DNA of 64,000 nt from an uncultured Candidatus Saccharibacteria bacterium (GTDB lineage Bacteria > Patescibacteriota > Minisyncoccia > UBA6257 > UBA11618): the NCBI GenBank assembly GCA_964432405.1, contig CAYSNH010000001.1, forward strand, positions 122,932-186,931. The letters are read 5' to 3'. Made by a program: the position numbers and the translations under genes. A model generated the notes under the pieces. The model did no database searches, had not been told where the DNA came from, and worked only from the letters and a program-made list of their open reading frames with translations. Of this stretch, positions 8,939-18,301 are shown one piece after another. Position 1 is the stretch's first letter; every line of letters begins with the position of its first letter.

Positions 8939-10288
8939 TTAAATTATATCATAAGTAATTCCCTTCTGAGGGATACTTGCTGTAATAACTAATTCATCTC
9001 TAATCTTATCTCTAAGAACAGCACTAGCATCCTCTTCACCTTGAACAACAAAAACTTTTTTTAAAGTTTTTCTTCGTGGTCTTAGCCAATCTAATAACTG
9101 AGGCTGATCAGCGTGAGCCGAATAACCACCGATAGCTTTAATCTGGCAATTAACCTCTACATCTGCCCCATGTATCCTAACCTTCTTTCTTCCATCAAAT
9201 AATTGACGTCCTAAAGAACCTTTGGCCTGAAACCCAACAATTAAAAGAATGCTATTAGGATCTGGTAAGTAGTGTTTTAGATGGTGCAATATTCTGCCTG
9301 CGTGCATCATTCCCGAACCAGCAATAATTACCTTGGGCGGATCAACCTCATTAATAGATTTAGACTCCATTGTTGTTAAAGTCTTTTTTAATCCTGGAAA
9401 ATTAAAAATTGGCTCATCTGGACTAATCTCTGTAATAACATCTTTACTAAAATAATTGCGGTGCTTTCTATATATCTCAGTTAATCTAATAGCTAGCGGA
9501 CTATCAAGAAACACCGGCACTTTAGGCACTCGCCCCTCATCAATTAATTCGTGAATAACAAAAAGCAATTGCTGACTTCTTTCCATGGCAAAAGCTGGAA
9601 TCATTAATGTCCCCTTAGATTTAACAACGTTTTCAATCATATTTTCAATCGTTCCTTTTCTCTCTGCTATGTCTTCGTGAATACGATCTCCATAAGTTGA
9701 TTCAATCAAACAATAATCTGTTTCTGGCAACTCCTCTTTATAGCCAATCAAAGGAGCTGGGCTATTACCCAGATCTCCAGAGAAAGTAATCCTCTTACCA
9801 TCAGCCTCAACATGAATAACACTTGAACCTAAAATATGCCCGGCGTTATAAAAAGTAACTGTAAAATTATCAAGGCTAATCGGCTTATGATACCCCTCTC
9901 CTTTCCAAAGCTTCATTAAACCAGCAATATCTTCCTCTTTATATAAGATGGGTCTATTTGATCTCTCTGCCTCCATCTCTAAAATATGCTGCGAATCTTT
10001 TAACAGTACTCGTGAAAATTCTTTGCAAGGCGTTGTAGAATAAACCGTTCCTCTAAAACCATCTCTATACAACTTTGGTAATAAGCCAATGTGATCGATA
10101 TGAGAATGGGTAATGAAAACCGCTTTAATATCCTTAGGATTATAAGGAAAGTCATTCCAGTTTTGCCGTTCACTAAATTTCCCTCCTTGACGAAGACCAC
10201 AATCGATTAATATTTTTGTTTCGCCACTTTCTAATAAGTAATTTGCTCCCGTGACAGCTTTAACACCTCCATTAAAAGTTAATTTCAT
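8939..10288 (-). CDS. MBL-fold beta-CASP ribonuclease (RNase J / CPSF-like)
   Basis: 449 aa with the metallo-beta-lactamase HxHxDH motif (FITHSHIDHIG) and the beta-CASP motif (GGYSAHAD). Confidence 0.8.
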   Translation of the reverse strand: MKLTFNGGVKAVTGANYLLESGETKILIDCGLRQGGKFSERQNWNDFPYNPKDIKAVFITHSHIDHIGLLPKLYRDGFRGTVYSTTPCKEFSRVLLKDSQHILEMEAERSNRPILYKEEDIAGLMKLWKGEGYHKPISLDNFTVTFYNAGHILGSSVIHVEADGKRITFSGDLGNSPAPLIGYKEELPETDYCLIESTYGDRIHEDIAERKGTIENMIENVVKSKGTLMIPAFAMERSQQLLFVIHELIDEGRVPKVPVFLDSPLAIRLTEIYRKHRNYFSKDVITEISPDEPIFNFPGLKKTLTTMESKSINEVDPPKVIIAGSGMMHAGRILHHLKHYLPDPNSILLIVGFQAKGSLGRQLFDGRKKVRIHGADVEVNCQIKAIGGYSAHADQPQLLDWLRPRRKTLKKVFVVQGEEDASAVLRDKIRDELVITASIPQKGITYDII

Positions 10289-10332
10289 AAGATCATTATA
10301 TAATATTTCTTAAAAGTTAACTCTTAATAACT

Positions 10333-11484
10333 TTACAGACTCTTTAAAACAGCCCCTCTATCACTCCAAGCAATATTTTTACCTCCTTTTAAGTGAATAG
10401 AATTTTCACTGCCTTTGCCGGTAATAATAACCACGTCTCCAGATTGAGCTAGTTCAATAGCAATCTTAATCGCTTCTCCTCGATCAATAACCTTCTTAGC
10501 TTGAGGACAGCCTTTAGCAATCTCCTCGATAATATTTTCTGGATCTTCATCATAAGGATCTTCATTAGTTAAAATAACTTCATCTCCATACTCAGCCGCA
10601 ATCTTACCCATCTCGGGTCGCTTCCATTTATCCCTTCCCCCTCCAGCTGATCCCAAAACACAAATCAATCTATCGTATTCCGGCTTGAGACTTTGATAGA
10701 CCGCCTTTAGAGAATCTGGCGTATGAGCATAATCAACTATCACCGCAAAAGGCTCTTGTTGAATAAATTCCATTCTTCCAGGAATACCCGCAAAACCAAC
10801 CACCCCTTTTCTAATATTTTCTTTATTAACTCCTAGCTCACTAGCGATAACTTCAACTAGCCCTACATTATATTTATTAAACTCTCCGGCTAATTGGCTT
10901 TCAAGATTACTTTTCCCAAACCAAACCACCTTTCCTTGAGCCGCTTTTTCAAATTCCCTAGCATACTGATCATCTTTATTAATAAAGCAAAGTTTTTGAG
11001 CTAGACGAAAAAGTTTTAATTTAGCTTCCTTATATTTATCAAAAGAACCATGAGCCTCAATATGCTCTGGAGCAAGATTAGTTAAAGCAGCCACATCCCA
11101 CTTTATAAAAAGATGCCTGTTAGCAGCAATGCCCTCAGAGGTAACTTCAATAATTACATACCGACAACCAGCCTTAACAGAACGTCTTAAAAACTTTTGA
11201 ATAAAAAAACGTCCAGGCATTGTAGTTTCGGTCTTATTCTTACCCTCCTCTTCTCCCACCTTAACCTTGATCGATGAAAGAACCGCCACCTTCTCACTAG
11301 ACGCTTCTAAAACAGCGCTCAATAATTCAATAGCAGTTGTCTTGCCTTTGGTTCCAGTAATGCCAATTACAAAAATATCTTTTGAAGGAAAACCAAAAAA
11401 CACCGCTCCTAAAAAAGACCAGCTAAAATGATACAACCAGGGAAGCCCTGGTATCATATAAAAAATTTTTCTTAAAAAATTCAT
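10333..11484 (-). CDS. Mur ligase family protein (MurE/MurF-like), short form with N-terminal hydrophobic segment
   Basis: 383 aa with the ATP-binding loop GITGTKGKTT, DYAHTPDS and a C-terminal Mur ligase domain. The N-terminal substrate-binding domain appears absent. Confidence 0.7.
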   Translation of the reverse strand: MNFLRKIFYMIPGLPWLYHFSWSFLGAVFFGFPSKDIFVIGITGTKGKTTAIELLSAVLEASSEKVAVLSSIKVKVGEEEGKNKTETTMPGRFFIQKFLRRSVKAGCRYVIIEVTSEGIAANRHLFIKWDVAALTNLAPEHIEAHGSFDKYKEAKLKLFRLAQKLCFINKDDQYAREFEKAAQGKVVWFGKSNLESQLAGEFNKYNVGLVEVIASELGVNKENIRKGVVGFAGIPGRMEFIQQEPFAVIVDYAHTPDSLKAVYQSLKPEYDRLICVLGSAGGGRDKWKRPEMGKIAAEYGDEVILTNEDPYDEDPENIIEEIAKGCPQAKKVIDRGEAIKIAIELAQSGDVVIITGKGSENSIHLKGGKNIAWSDRGAVLKSL

Positions 11485-12056
11485 TTCTTTACTTTCTTCA
11501 GAGCTTCTATTAAGCGATCTTCTAATTTTGTTAACTTAGGATCTATTTGAGAGATTATTTTTTTAGCTTGAGCCTTCGTATAATCTAAACTTACCAAAGC
11601 CTCTTCTAATTCAATATCAGACTCCATAGCCCTTACCACTTCCTCAGTACCTATAGCAACCACCTTACCTCTCAACTCCAAAACCACTCTCTCTGCCGTT
11701 TTTTTACCAATTCCTGAGGCACGAGTCAATAAATCCGGCTTACCTTCATTAATAGTTGCTATCAATTGATCAACTGGAGCCACTGCCATCACTCCCAAGG
11801 CTGATCGAGGACCCACTCCGCTGATACTAATTAATTTCTCAAAAAAACCTAGTTCTAATTCTGTTGAAAAACCATATAGATCTAAAGCGTCTTCTTTTAC
11901 ATTTAAATAAGTATAAATTTTTAACTCTTCTCCTGTTTCTGGTAAAAGGTCGTGAGTTTTTGGCGATATAAATACTTTGTAATTTACCTTATTAACATCA
12001 ACGATAATAAAATCCTCTTTTTTAGACACTAACTCTCCTACTAAACGATAAATCAT
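11481..12056 (-). CDS. ruvA: Holliday junction DNA helicase RuvA
   Basis: 191 aa with an OB domain, the HhH motif SGVGPRSA and IGKKTAERV; canonical RuvA. Confidence 0.9.
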   Translation of the reverse strand: MIYRLVGELVSKKEDFIIVDVNKVNYKVFISPKTHDLLPETGEELKIYTYLNVKEDALDLYGFSTELELGFFEKLISISGVGPRSALGVMAVAPVDQLIATINEGKPDLLTRASGIGKKTAERVVLELRGKVVAIGTEEVVRAMESDIELEEALVSLDYTKAQAKKIISQIDPKLTKLEDRLIEALKKVKK

Positions 12057-12137
12057 ACCTATATAGTATAGAGAGGGCCGTAAAATAACAACTTTTAAGT
12101 GACAAAAGGCTAATTTTCCTTTATAATATGGGTCCTT

Positions 12138-13931
12138 ATGAAGTTTAAGTTAGAATCACCCTTCAAGCCCGGAGGTGATCAACCCCAAGCTATCAAAGAA
12201 CTCGTTAAAGGAGTTAAAAAAGGCCATAAAGATCAGGTCTTATTAGGCGTAACTGGATCAGGTAAAACCTTTACCATTGCCTCAGCTATTAAAGAATTAA
12301 ATATGCCAACTCTAATAATCTCTCCTAATAAAATATTAGCTGCTCAACTTTATCAAGAATTTAAATCATTTTTTCCTAAAAACGCTGTTAATTACTTCGT
12401 TTCCTATTACGACTACTACCAACCCGAGGCCTATTTACCAATAGATAAAACCTACATACAAAAAGATGCTCGTATTAATTCAGAGATTGATAAGCTACGT
12501 CATGCTGCTATTCAAAATCTATTTACCAGAAAAGACTCTTTAATTATCGCTTCTGTTTCTTGCATTTATGGAATCGGTAGTCCTGACAACTATAAAAAAG
12601 CCCGTCTAGAATTAAAAGTTGGTGGAGTGATTAGCAATAAAGATATTATTAATCACCTTAGCCTTCTTCAATATATTCGTAGCCAAAACAATATAGCCTT
12701 AGGAGAATACATATTAGATACTAATCGACTAGGAACAGGCAAAGTTATCATCCACCTAGTCACAGATAATAAGGTGGAAATAGAAATGAATCGTAAAAAG
12801 ATTATTTCTATTAAGATGGATGATAAAAATAGAGATAGTCTAGATATTTATCCAGCAAAATTTTGGGTAACTCCCCAACATCAATTTAATCTCGCTCTAC
12901 AAAACATTAAAAGCGAGATGGAGGAAAGAGTTAGGTGCTTTCAATCAGATAATAGATTTGAAGAAGCTGAGCGCTTAGAAAAAAAGACCTTGTTTGATAT
13001 TGAGATGTTAAAAAAACAAGGTTATGTTAATGGTGTTGAAAATTATTCTCGGCATTTTGATTTTCGAGAACCAGGCGAACCTGCTCTCACATTATTAGAT
13101 TATTTTCCTAAGCCATTCCTATTAATAGTTGATGAATCTCATATCACGATCCCCCAACTAAAAGCCATGCAAACTGGTGATTCAAGAAGAAAAGATTCTT
13201 TAATTACATACGGCTATCGACTACCTTCTGCTATAGATAATCGACCCTTACGTTTTGAAGAGTTTGAAAAGAAGGTTGGGCAAACTATTTATGTTTCTGC
13301 TACTCCTGGTGATTATGAAATAAATAAAGCTAAAAAGAATGGCCAAATAACTGAGCAGGTGGTAAGGCCTACGGGAATTTTAGATCCTAAAATATCTATC
13401 CGACCAGCTCAAACTCAAGTGATAGATTTATTAAAAGAAATTAAGAGTCGTGTAGCTAAAAATGAACGAGTTTTAGCACTTACATTAACTAAAAGATCTG
13501 CTGAGGATTTAACTGAACATCTATTAGATCAAGGCATTAAAGCTAGCTACCTACATTCAGAGATTAAAACCTTAAAAAGGCCTGAGGTTTTAGCCTCTTT
13601 ACGTCGAGGTGATATTGACGTGGTTGTTGGTGTTAACTTATTACGTGAAGGATTAGATCTCCCTGAGGTAAGTCTAGTAGCTATTCTTGATGCAGATCGA
13701 GAAGGATTTCTTCGCAACTATCGAGGCCTTATTCAAATGGCTGGTCGAGCAGCTCGATCAACTAAAGGCCAGGTTATTCTTTATGCTGATCTCTTAACCA
13801 ACTCTATTAAACAGACCCTAGAAGAGACCAAAAGGCGTCGGCAGGCCCAAACAAAGTTTAATAAAAAAAGTGGCATTACCCCTCAAGAATTGAACAAGCC
13901 CATCATGGTTAGTGATTTTAATATTGACTAA
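12138..13931 (+). CDS. uvrB: Excinuclease ABC subunit B
   Basis: 597 aa; Walker A GVTGSGKTF, the YYDYYQPEAY beta-hairpin and helicase motifs. It is shorter than typical UvrB, so the C-terminal UvrC-interaction coil may be missing. Confidence 0.9.
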   Translation: MKFKLESPFKPGGDQPQAIKELVKGVKKGHKDQVLLGVTGSGKTFTIASAIKELNMPTLIISPNKILAAQLYQEFKSFFPKNAVNYFVSYYDYYQPEAYLPIDKTYIQKDARINSEIDKLRHAAIQNLFTRKDSLIIASVSCIYGIGSPDNYKKARLELKVGGVISNKDIINHLSLLQYIRSQNNIALGEYILDTNRLGTGKVIIHLVTDNKVEIEMNRKKIISIKMDDKNRDSLDIYPAKFWVTPQHQFNLALQNIKSEMEERVRCFQSDNRFEEAERLEKKTLFDIEMLKKQGYVNGVENYSRHFDFREPGEPALTLLDYFPKPFLLIVDESHITIPQLKAMQTGDSRRKDSLITYGYRLPSAIDNRPLRFEEFEKKVGQTIYVSATPGDYEINKAKKNGQITEQVVRPTGILDPKISIRPAQTQVIDLLKEIKSRVAKNERVLALTLTKRSAEDLTEHLLDQGIKASYLHSEIKTLKRPEVLASLRRGDIDVVVGVNLLREGLDLPEVSLVAILDADREGFLRNYRGLIQMAGRAARSTKGQVILYADLLTNSIKQTLEETKRRRQAQTKFNKKSGITPQELNKPIMVSDFNID

Positions 13932-13960
13932 ATTAATTTTTTTCCCTATCATCTCCCTAT

Positions 13961-14233
13961 ATGCCTAATACAGAATCAGTTAAGAAATCCCTAAGACAAA
14001 GCCAGCGTCGTCGTGCGCGTAATTTGTCACAGAAAAAAACTCTCAAAGAAGTTGTTAGAGATTTTAAAAAGACTGCTGAAACTAAATCAGATGAAGCTAT
14101 TAAGATGCTTCCTAACGTATACAAGAAGCTGGATAAGGCTGCTAAGAAAAATATTATTAATAAAAATAGAGCTAATCGACTTAAGTCTCGCTTAACTCAG
14201 AGGATTACTAAGTCTAATAAGACTGTTTCGTAA
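13961..14233 (+). CDS. rpsT: 30S ribosomal protein S20
   Basis: 90 aa, basic; MPNTESVKKSLRQSQRRRARN… resembles the S20 N-terminus. Confidence 0.85.
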   Translation: MPNTESVKKSLRQSQRRRARNLSQKKTLKEVVRDFKKTAETKSDEAIKMLPNVYKKLDKAAKKNIINKNRANRLKSRLTQRITKSNKTVS

Positions 14234-14958
14234 TCTAATTTACCAGACTTCACTAAAACGTCGTAGTTAGAAAAAACATCTCTATCTGCGACGTTTTTTT
14301 GATAAGCTAAAAGATTAAATATCTTAGCTGGATCCTCATCTACCAACAACTTCTCTAAAGTAGATATCCTCATTTTAAGAGGAAATCTTTTTTGTAATTT
14401 AAACAACATCTGAAAAAGACTAGCCTGGGGTAAAGACTGAGTAACTGACCCTCCTAAAGCCAACTTATCTAACTCTGTTACAATCCCCCAATTATCATTC
14501 CTATAAGTCTCAGCAATCATATTAATATCAGTTGATGATAAAGATAAACTTCTCCTTGCGGCCTCTTGCCTAATAAATGAATAGATTTGGGTAGAAGTCA
14601 GATCGCTGAACTCTTGATTAATAACCGGCTGCTTAGTGAGAAATGAAAAATCCTTATTAAGAGTTTTTTCCTCCGAAATAAGCGCTATTACTTCTTTTTC
14701 TTCAGATAAGGATTCAAATAATTTAATTATGTTTTTTTCTTTAATCCCCCCTACATTAAAAGTAATTGCCAAACGATGACCGCCAAACAACGACCTCCCT
14801 TTAACAAAGTCCTCAAACCTAACCAACTCCTCTTTACCTTCGTCAAAATAAAAGCGATCAATTGTTAAGCTAGAATGCTTCTTTGCATACTCTCTAACTA
14901 TTTCTTTAAGTTTCTGCTGACGTCGATATGAATCAGGACCGTGAAGATAAATAATCAT
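14197..14958 (-). CDS. holA: DNA polymerase III delta subunit
   Basis: 253 aa; MIIYLHGPDSYRRQQKLKEI… resembles the HolA N-terminus. Convergent overlap with rpsT. Confidence 0.7.
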   Translation of the reverse strand: MIIYLHGPDSYRRQQKLKEIVREYAKKHSSLTIDRFYFDEGKEELVRFEDFVKGRSLFGGHRLAITFNVGGIKEKNIIKLFESLSEEKEVIALISEEKTLNKDFSFLTKQPVINQEFSDLTSTQIYSFIRQEAARRSLSLSSTDINMIAETYRNDNWGIVTELDKLALGGSVTQSLPQASLFQMLFKLQKRFPLKMRISTLEKLLVDEDPAKIFNLLAYQKNVADRDVFSNYDVLVKSGKLDYETVLLDLVIL

Positions 14959-14996
14959 TGGCTTCTATTATAACAAAAAAACGATTGATTATATAT

Positions 14997-15848
14997 TTAA
15001 TTATTATCCTGACACTTTGGACAATAATGAAAAGACCGCCCTCCCTTCTTAGCCCTCTTCATTTTACTAACCTTACACCTCCCACACTTTTCACCCTCTT
15101 TTCCGTAAGCTAAGCGATAATTAGCATAACCACCTCTCTTTCCTGAAGCGTCTCTATAGTCATCAACCGAAGTACCTCTAAACTTAACCGCTTTAGCTAA
15201 TATCTGTTTAGTGGCTTTATGCATTAATTTTAACTGATCCTTGTTCAATTCATTTGCAGGCGTTAAAGGATGTATTTTAGCCTTCCAAAGTATTTCACTA
15301 ACATAAATATTACCAATCCCTGCTACCACCTCTTGATCTAGCAAGGTTTGATAAATAGTTTTTTTCTTTTTTAAAACATTATTTGAAAAATCTTTAAAAG
15401 ATATTACTAGGGCGTCTGGGCCTAGTTTTTTTAACTCTGGTAGATTTTCTATCTCGTCCTTTGTTCCAAAGACCACTTTCCCAAATTTTCTTAAATCTGA
15501 AAAAGCAATCATCTTTCCATTATCTAAAACTAAAACAAAGTGAATAAAGCCATTGATTCTCTCTTTCATCTCTTTGGGCTTTATTGGAATTACTTTTTTC
15601 TTTTTTATCTCCCACTCACCCACTAATAAATGCCCGGTCATTTTCATGTGAACCAGTAAGATGTGAGGGTCGGTAAAATAAAAGAGAATGTTTTTACCAA
15701 TTCTTTCTATCTTTTTAATAGTATGCCCCTTAGCTTTATCAACTTGATTAAATTTTGGCCAATCGTACCAAGAACCAATAATCCGCCTACGGCGGACTTT
15801 TTTATTTAAACCATCAATAGTCGTCTGCACCTCTGGAAGCTCTGGCAT
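14997..15848 (-). CDS. mutM: Formamidopyrimidine-DNA glycosylase (Fpg/Nei family)
   Basis: The N-terminus MPELPEV, an H2TH region and a C-terminal zinc finger CGRC…CPKC. Confidence 0.9.
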   Translation of the reverse strand: MPELPEVQTTIDGLNKKVRRRRIIGSWYDWPKFNQVDKAKGHTIKKIERIGKNILFYFTDPHILLVHMKMTGHLLVGEWEIKKKKVIPIKPKEMKERINGFIHFVLVLDNGKMIAFSDLRKFGKVVFGTKDEIENLPELKKLGPDALVISFKDFSNNVLKKKKTIYQTLLDQEVVAGIGNIYVSEILWKAKIHPLTPANELNKDQLKLMHKATKQILAKAVKFRGTSVDDYRDASGKRGGYANYRLAYGKEGEKCGRCKVSKMKRAKKGGRSFHYCPKCQDNN

Positions 15849-15851
15849 AAA

Positions 15852-17009
15852 CTATTCCAAGATTTTTAAGGGTATTAATTTAGGATCGGTGGGTAGGGTG
15901 AAATAAAAAGTACTCCCTCTACTCTCTACCGAATCTACTCTAATAGTGCCTCCGTGACGATTAATAATATTTTTAGTTAGATAGAGTCCTAAACCAGACC
16001 CCTCAACACCATATTGCTCGATATTCTTAGCTCTAAAAAATTTAGTAAACAATTTTTTTATATCATTCTTTGGAATACCTACCCCCGTATCTCGAACGCT
16101 GATCTCCACCATGGGCTTATTAGGTATTTTTTTCAAACTAACTATCACCTGACCATTTGGAACGTTGTACTTAATAGCGTTATCAATTAAATTAGCTATT
16201 GCTAATCCCAAACGAGCCTTATCAGCATTCACAAAAACCTCTTTTGATTTTGGGCGTTTGTAATAAAGCTTTACTTTATATTCTTTTGCCACCGCATCAG
16301 CATCAGATAATAATTTAGATAAAAATTTATTTAACTCTAGTTTATTAAAATTATATCCAAACTTACCCTCTTCTATTTGAGTAATGTTAATTAAGTCATT
16401 AATCGTCTTAATTAAATTCTTAGCTGTCTGTCGAGCAATTTTTAACTCCCCCTTACTATCTTTACTCAAACTCTTATCCTTGCTTAAATTATCTAAAGCC
16501 CAATTAAGCGCTGTTGTTGGCGTTCTCAATTGATGAGCGGCGATTGTAATAAAATCACTCTTAGCCCTTAATAATTCCAACTCTCTAGTCCTGTCCTTAA
16601 TCACTTTAATAAAAACTCTCGTCTTACCCAAATCATCTACTATTTTATGAGTAACTATACGCAACTCTTTAGCTGGATTTTCTAAAGAGACCTCTATTAT
16701 CTGAGGATAGGTACCTGGATCAGATCTTCTAATTACCGTCGGCGCCAAAGAAGGAAACATAGCTTGAGCTAAAACCTTTGATTTAAAACTTTTAGCTTTG
16801 GCTAATGAAAAAGTTTTTCCAACCACCTCACTCGCTTTAATTTTAAAAATATCTTCTGCAGATTTATTAAAATTAGAAACTTTAAAGCTAGTGTCATAAA
16901 CTATCACCCCCTCTTCCAACCCCACTATCAAAGCATTAAGTAAGCCCTGATCAAGCGACCAGGTGGCTTTTTCTTCTTTTTCTTCTTTTTTTCCAAAAAA
17001 CAAAGCCAT
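15852..17009 (-). CDS. Sensor histidine kinase (PAS + HisKA + HATPase_c), soluble
   Basis: H-box AAHQLRTP, and N/G boxes (DNAIKYN, RDTGVGI, GSGLGL). No TM segments, and no response regulator is adjacent. Confidence 0.8.
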   Translation of the reverse strand: MALFFGKKEEKEEKATWSLDQGLLNALIVGLEEGVIVYDTSFKVSNFNKSAEDIFKIKASEVVGKTFSLAKAKSFKSKVLAQAMFPSLAPTVIRRSDPGTYPQIIEVSLENPAKELRIVTHKIVDDLGKTRVFIKVIKDRTRELELLRAKSDFITIAAHQLRTPTTALNWALDNLSKDKSLSKDSKGELKIARQTAKNLIKTINDLINITQIEEGKFGYNFNKLELNKFLSKLLSDADAVAKEYKVKLYYKRPKSKEVFVNADKARLGLAIANLIDNAIKYNVPNGQVIVSLKKIPNKPMVEISVRDTGVGIPKNDIKKLFTKFFRAKNIEQYGVEGSGLGLYLTKNIINRHGGTIRVDSVESRGSTFYFTLPTDPKLIPLKILE

Positions 17010-17011
17010 TA

Positions 17012-18301
17012 TTAAAGATCAGCCCAATTTTTTCCTATCGACACATCAACCTTGAGACGCACAGGAAAATCATAAACCGTTTCCATAATTTGAGTGATTT
17101 TTTTAACTACACTATTAACTTTATCACTCTTAATCTCAAACAACAATTCATCATGAATTGATAAAAGAAGCCTTACGTCATCATTTTTATATTGCTGATA
17201 AACTTTAATCATAGCTAACTTAATAATATCTGCCGCCAAGCTCTGAATGGGCATATTAATCGCCGCTCGCTCAGCCTCAGAGGCTAAAAATCTATTAACA
17301 GAATTGATGGCTGGTAGCCAACGCTTTCTACCATTCAGATTTTCAACATAACCGATCTTCAACGCCTTCTTTTTAATCTTTTCTTGCCACGCTTTTATCT
17401 TCTTAAAATCAGCTAAATATTCTTTAATGAAATGATCGGCCTCTTTTCTGCTCAAGCCACTACTACGAGCAAAAGCAACCGCTCCCATTCCATAAACAAT
17501 TCCAAAGTTAAGTGTCTTAGCCATCTTCCTCATATCTACTGTTACTTTATCAAGCTCCACATTAAAAACCTGGCTGGCTGTAAGGCGATGAATGTCTTGA
17601 TCTTTTTTAAAGGCACTGATCATTTTTGGATCATTACTTAAACCAGCTAAAATTCTTAATTCAATCTGTGAATAATCTAAAGAAACCAACTTGTATCCTG
17701 GGCTAGCAATAAAAACCCTCTTAACCACTAAAGGAATGTTCTGAAGGTTGGGATTTTGAGAGCTTAATCTTCCTGTTGCGGTACTAGTCTGAAGAAAAGT
17801 TGTATGAACACGATCACCTAATTTTATTAATGGCTCTAAATAAGTAGATTTTATTTTAAAAGACTCTCTATATTGAATAATTAATTTAATAATCGTGTGC
17901 TCTTCTTTTAGATCTTGTAACTTTTCTGCTCTAGTTGAATGCAAGCCACTTTTAGTAGCTCTCCCCCTTGGTTTAATCTCTAATTTTTCAAATAAAATTT
18001 TAGAAAGTTGCTGTGGGGAATTTATATTAAATTCTTCACCCGCCTCCTTATAAATATTTTTTTCTAATGTTTGTAATTCTTTATTGTAATCAGTTAAAAG
18101 TTTCTTGACGGTTTTTTTATTAATCTTAATTCCTAATCTCTCCATTGATCTTAAGACCTCAACCAAGGGTAGCTCAATCTCATTAAATATCTTTTCCAAA
18201 CCCTCTTCTTTCAACCTACCTAGTAAATCTCCCTCGTCACTCATTGGGTTATCAGGGTTAAGAAGCCAATTAGCTATTTTATTTTTTATTTCTTGATTCA
18301 T
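17012..18301 (-). CDS. polA: DNA polymerase I, polymerase domain only
   Basis: 429 aa aligning with the Klenow polymerase domain from …IELPLVEVL… through motif A (DYSQIELRILA), motif B (RKMAKTLNFGIVYG) and motif C (HDELLFE). No 3'-5' exonuclease domain is present. Confidence 0.9.
   Translation of the reverse strand: MNQEIKNKIANWLLNPDNPMSDEGDLLGRLKEEGLEKIFNEIELPLVEVLRSMERLGIKINKKTVKKLLTDYNKELQTLEKNIYKEAGEEFNINSPQQLSKILFEKLEIKPRGRATKSGLHSTRAEKLQDLKEEHTIIKLIIQYRESFKIKSTYLEPLIKLGDRVHTTFLQTSTATGRLSSQNPNLQNIPLVVKRVFIASPGYKLVSLDYSQIELRILAGLSNDPKMISAFKKDQDIHRLTASQVFNVELDKVTVDMRKMAKTLNFGIVYGMGAVAFARSSGLSRKEADHFIKEYLADFKKIKAWQEKIKKKALKIGYVENLNGRKRWLPAINSVNRFLASEAERAAINMPIQSLAADIIKLAMIKVYQQYKNDDVRLLLSIHDELLFEIKSDKVNSVVKKITQIMETVYDFPVRLKVDVSIGKNWADL

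Noticed and set aside
6109-10200. Internal/antisense ORFs 6109..6369, 7704..8006, 8801..8992, 10000..10200
   Set aside because: Each lies within or antisense to a longer, motif-supported gene (Wzy-like, permease, LOG-family, MBL RNase). The low-complexity translations come from AT-rich sequence.
14013-18296. Alternative-frame ORFs 14013..14195, 17432..17641, 18105..18296
   Set aside because: These overlap rpsT and polA in other frames. The annotated frames carry unmistakable family signatures.
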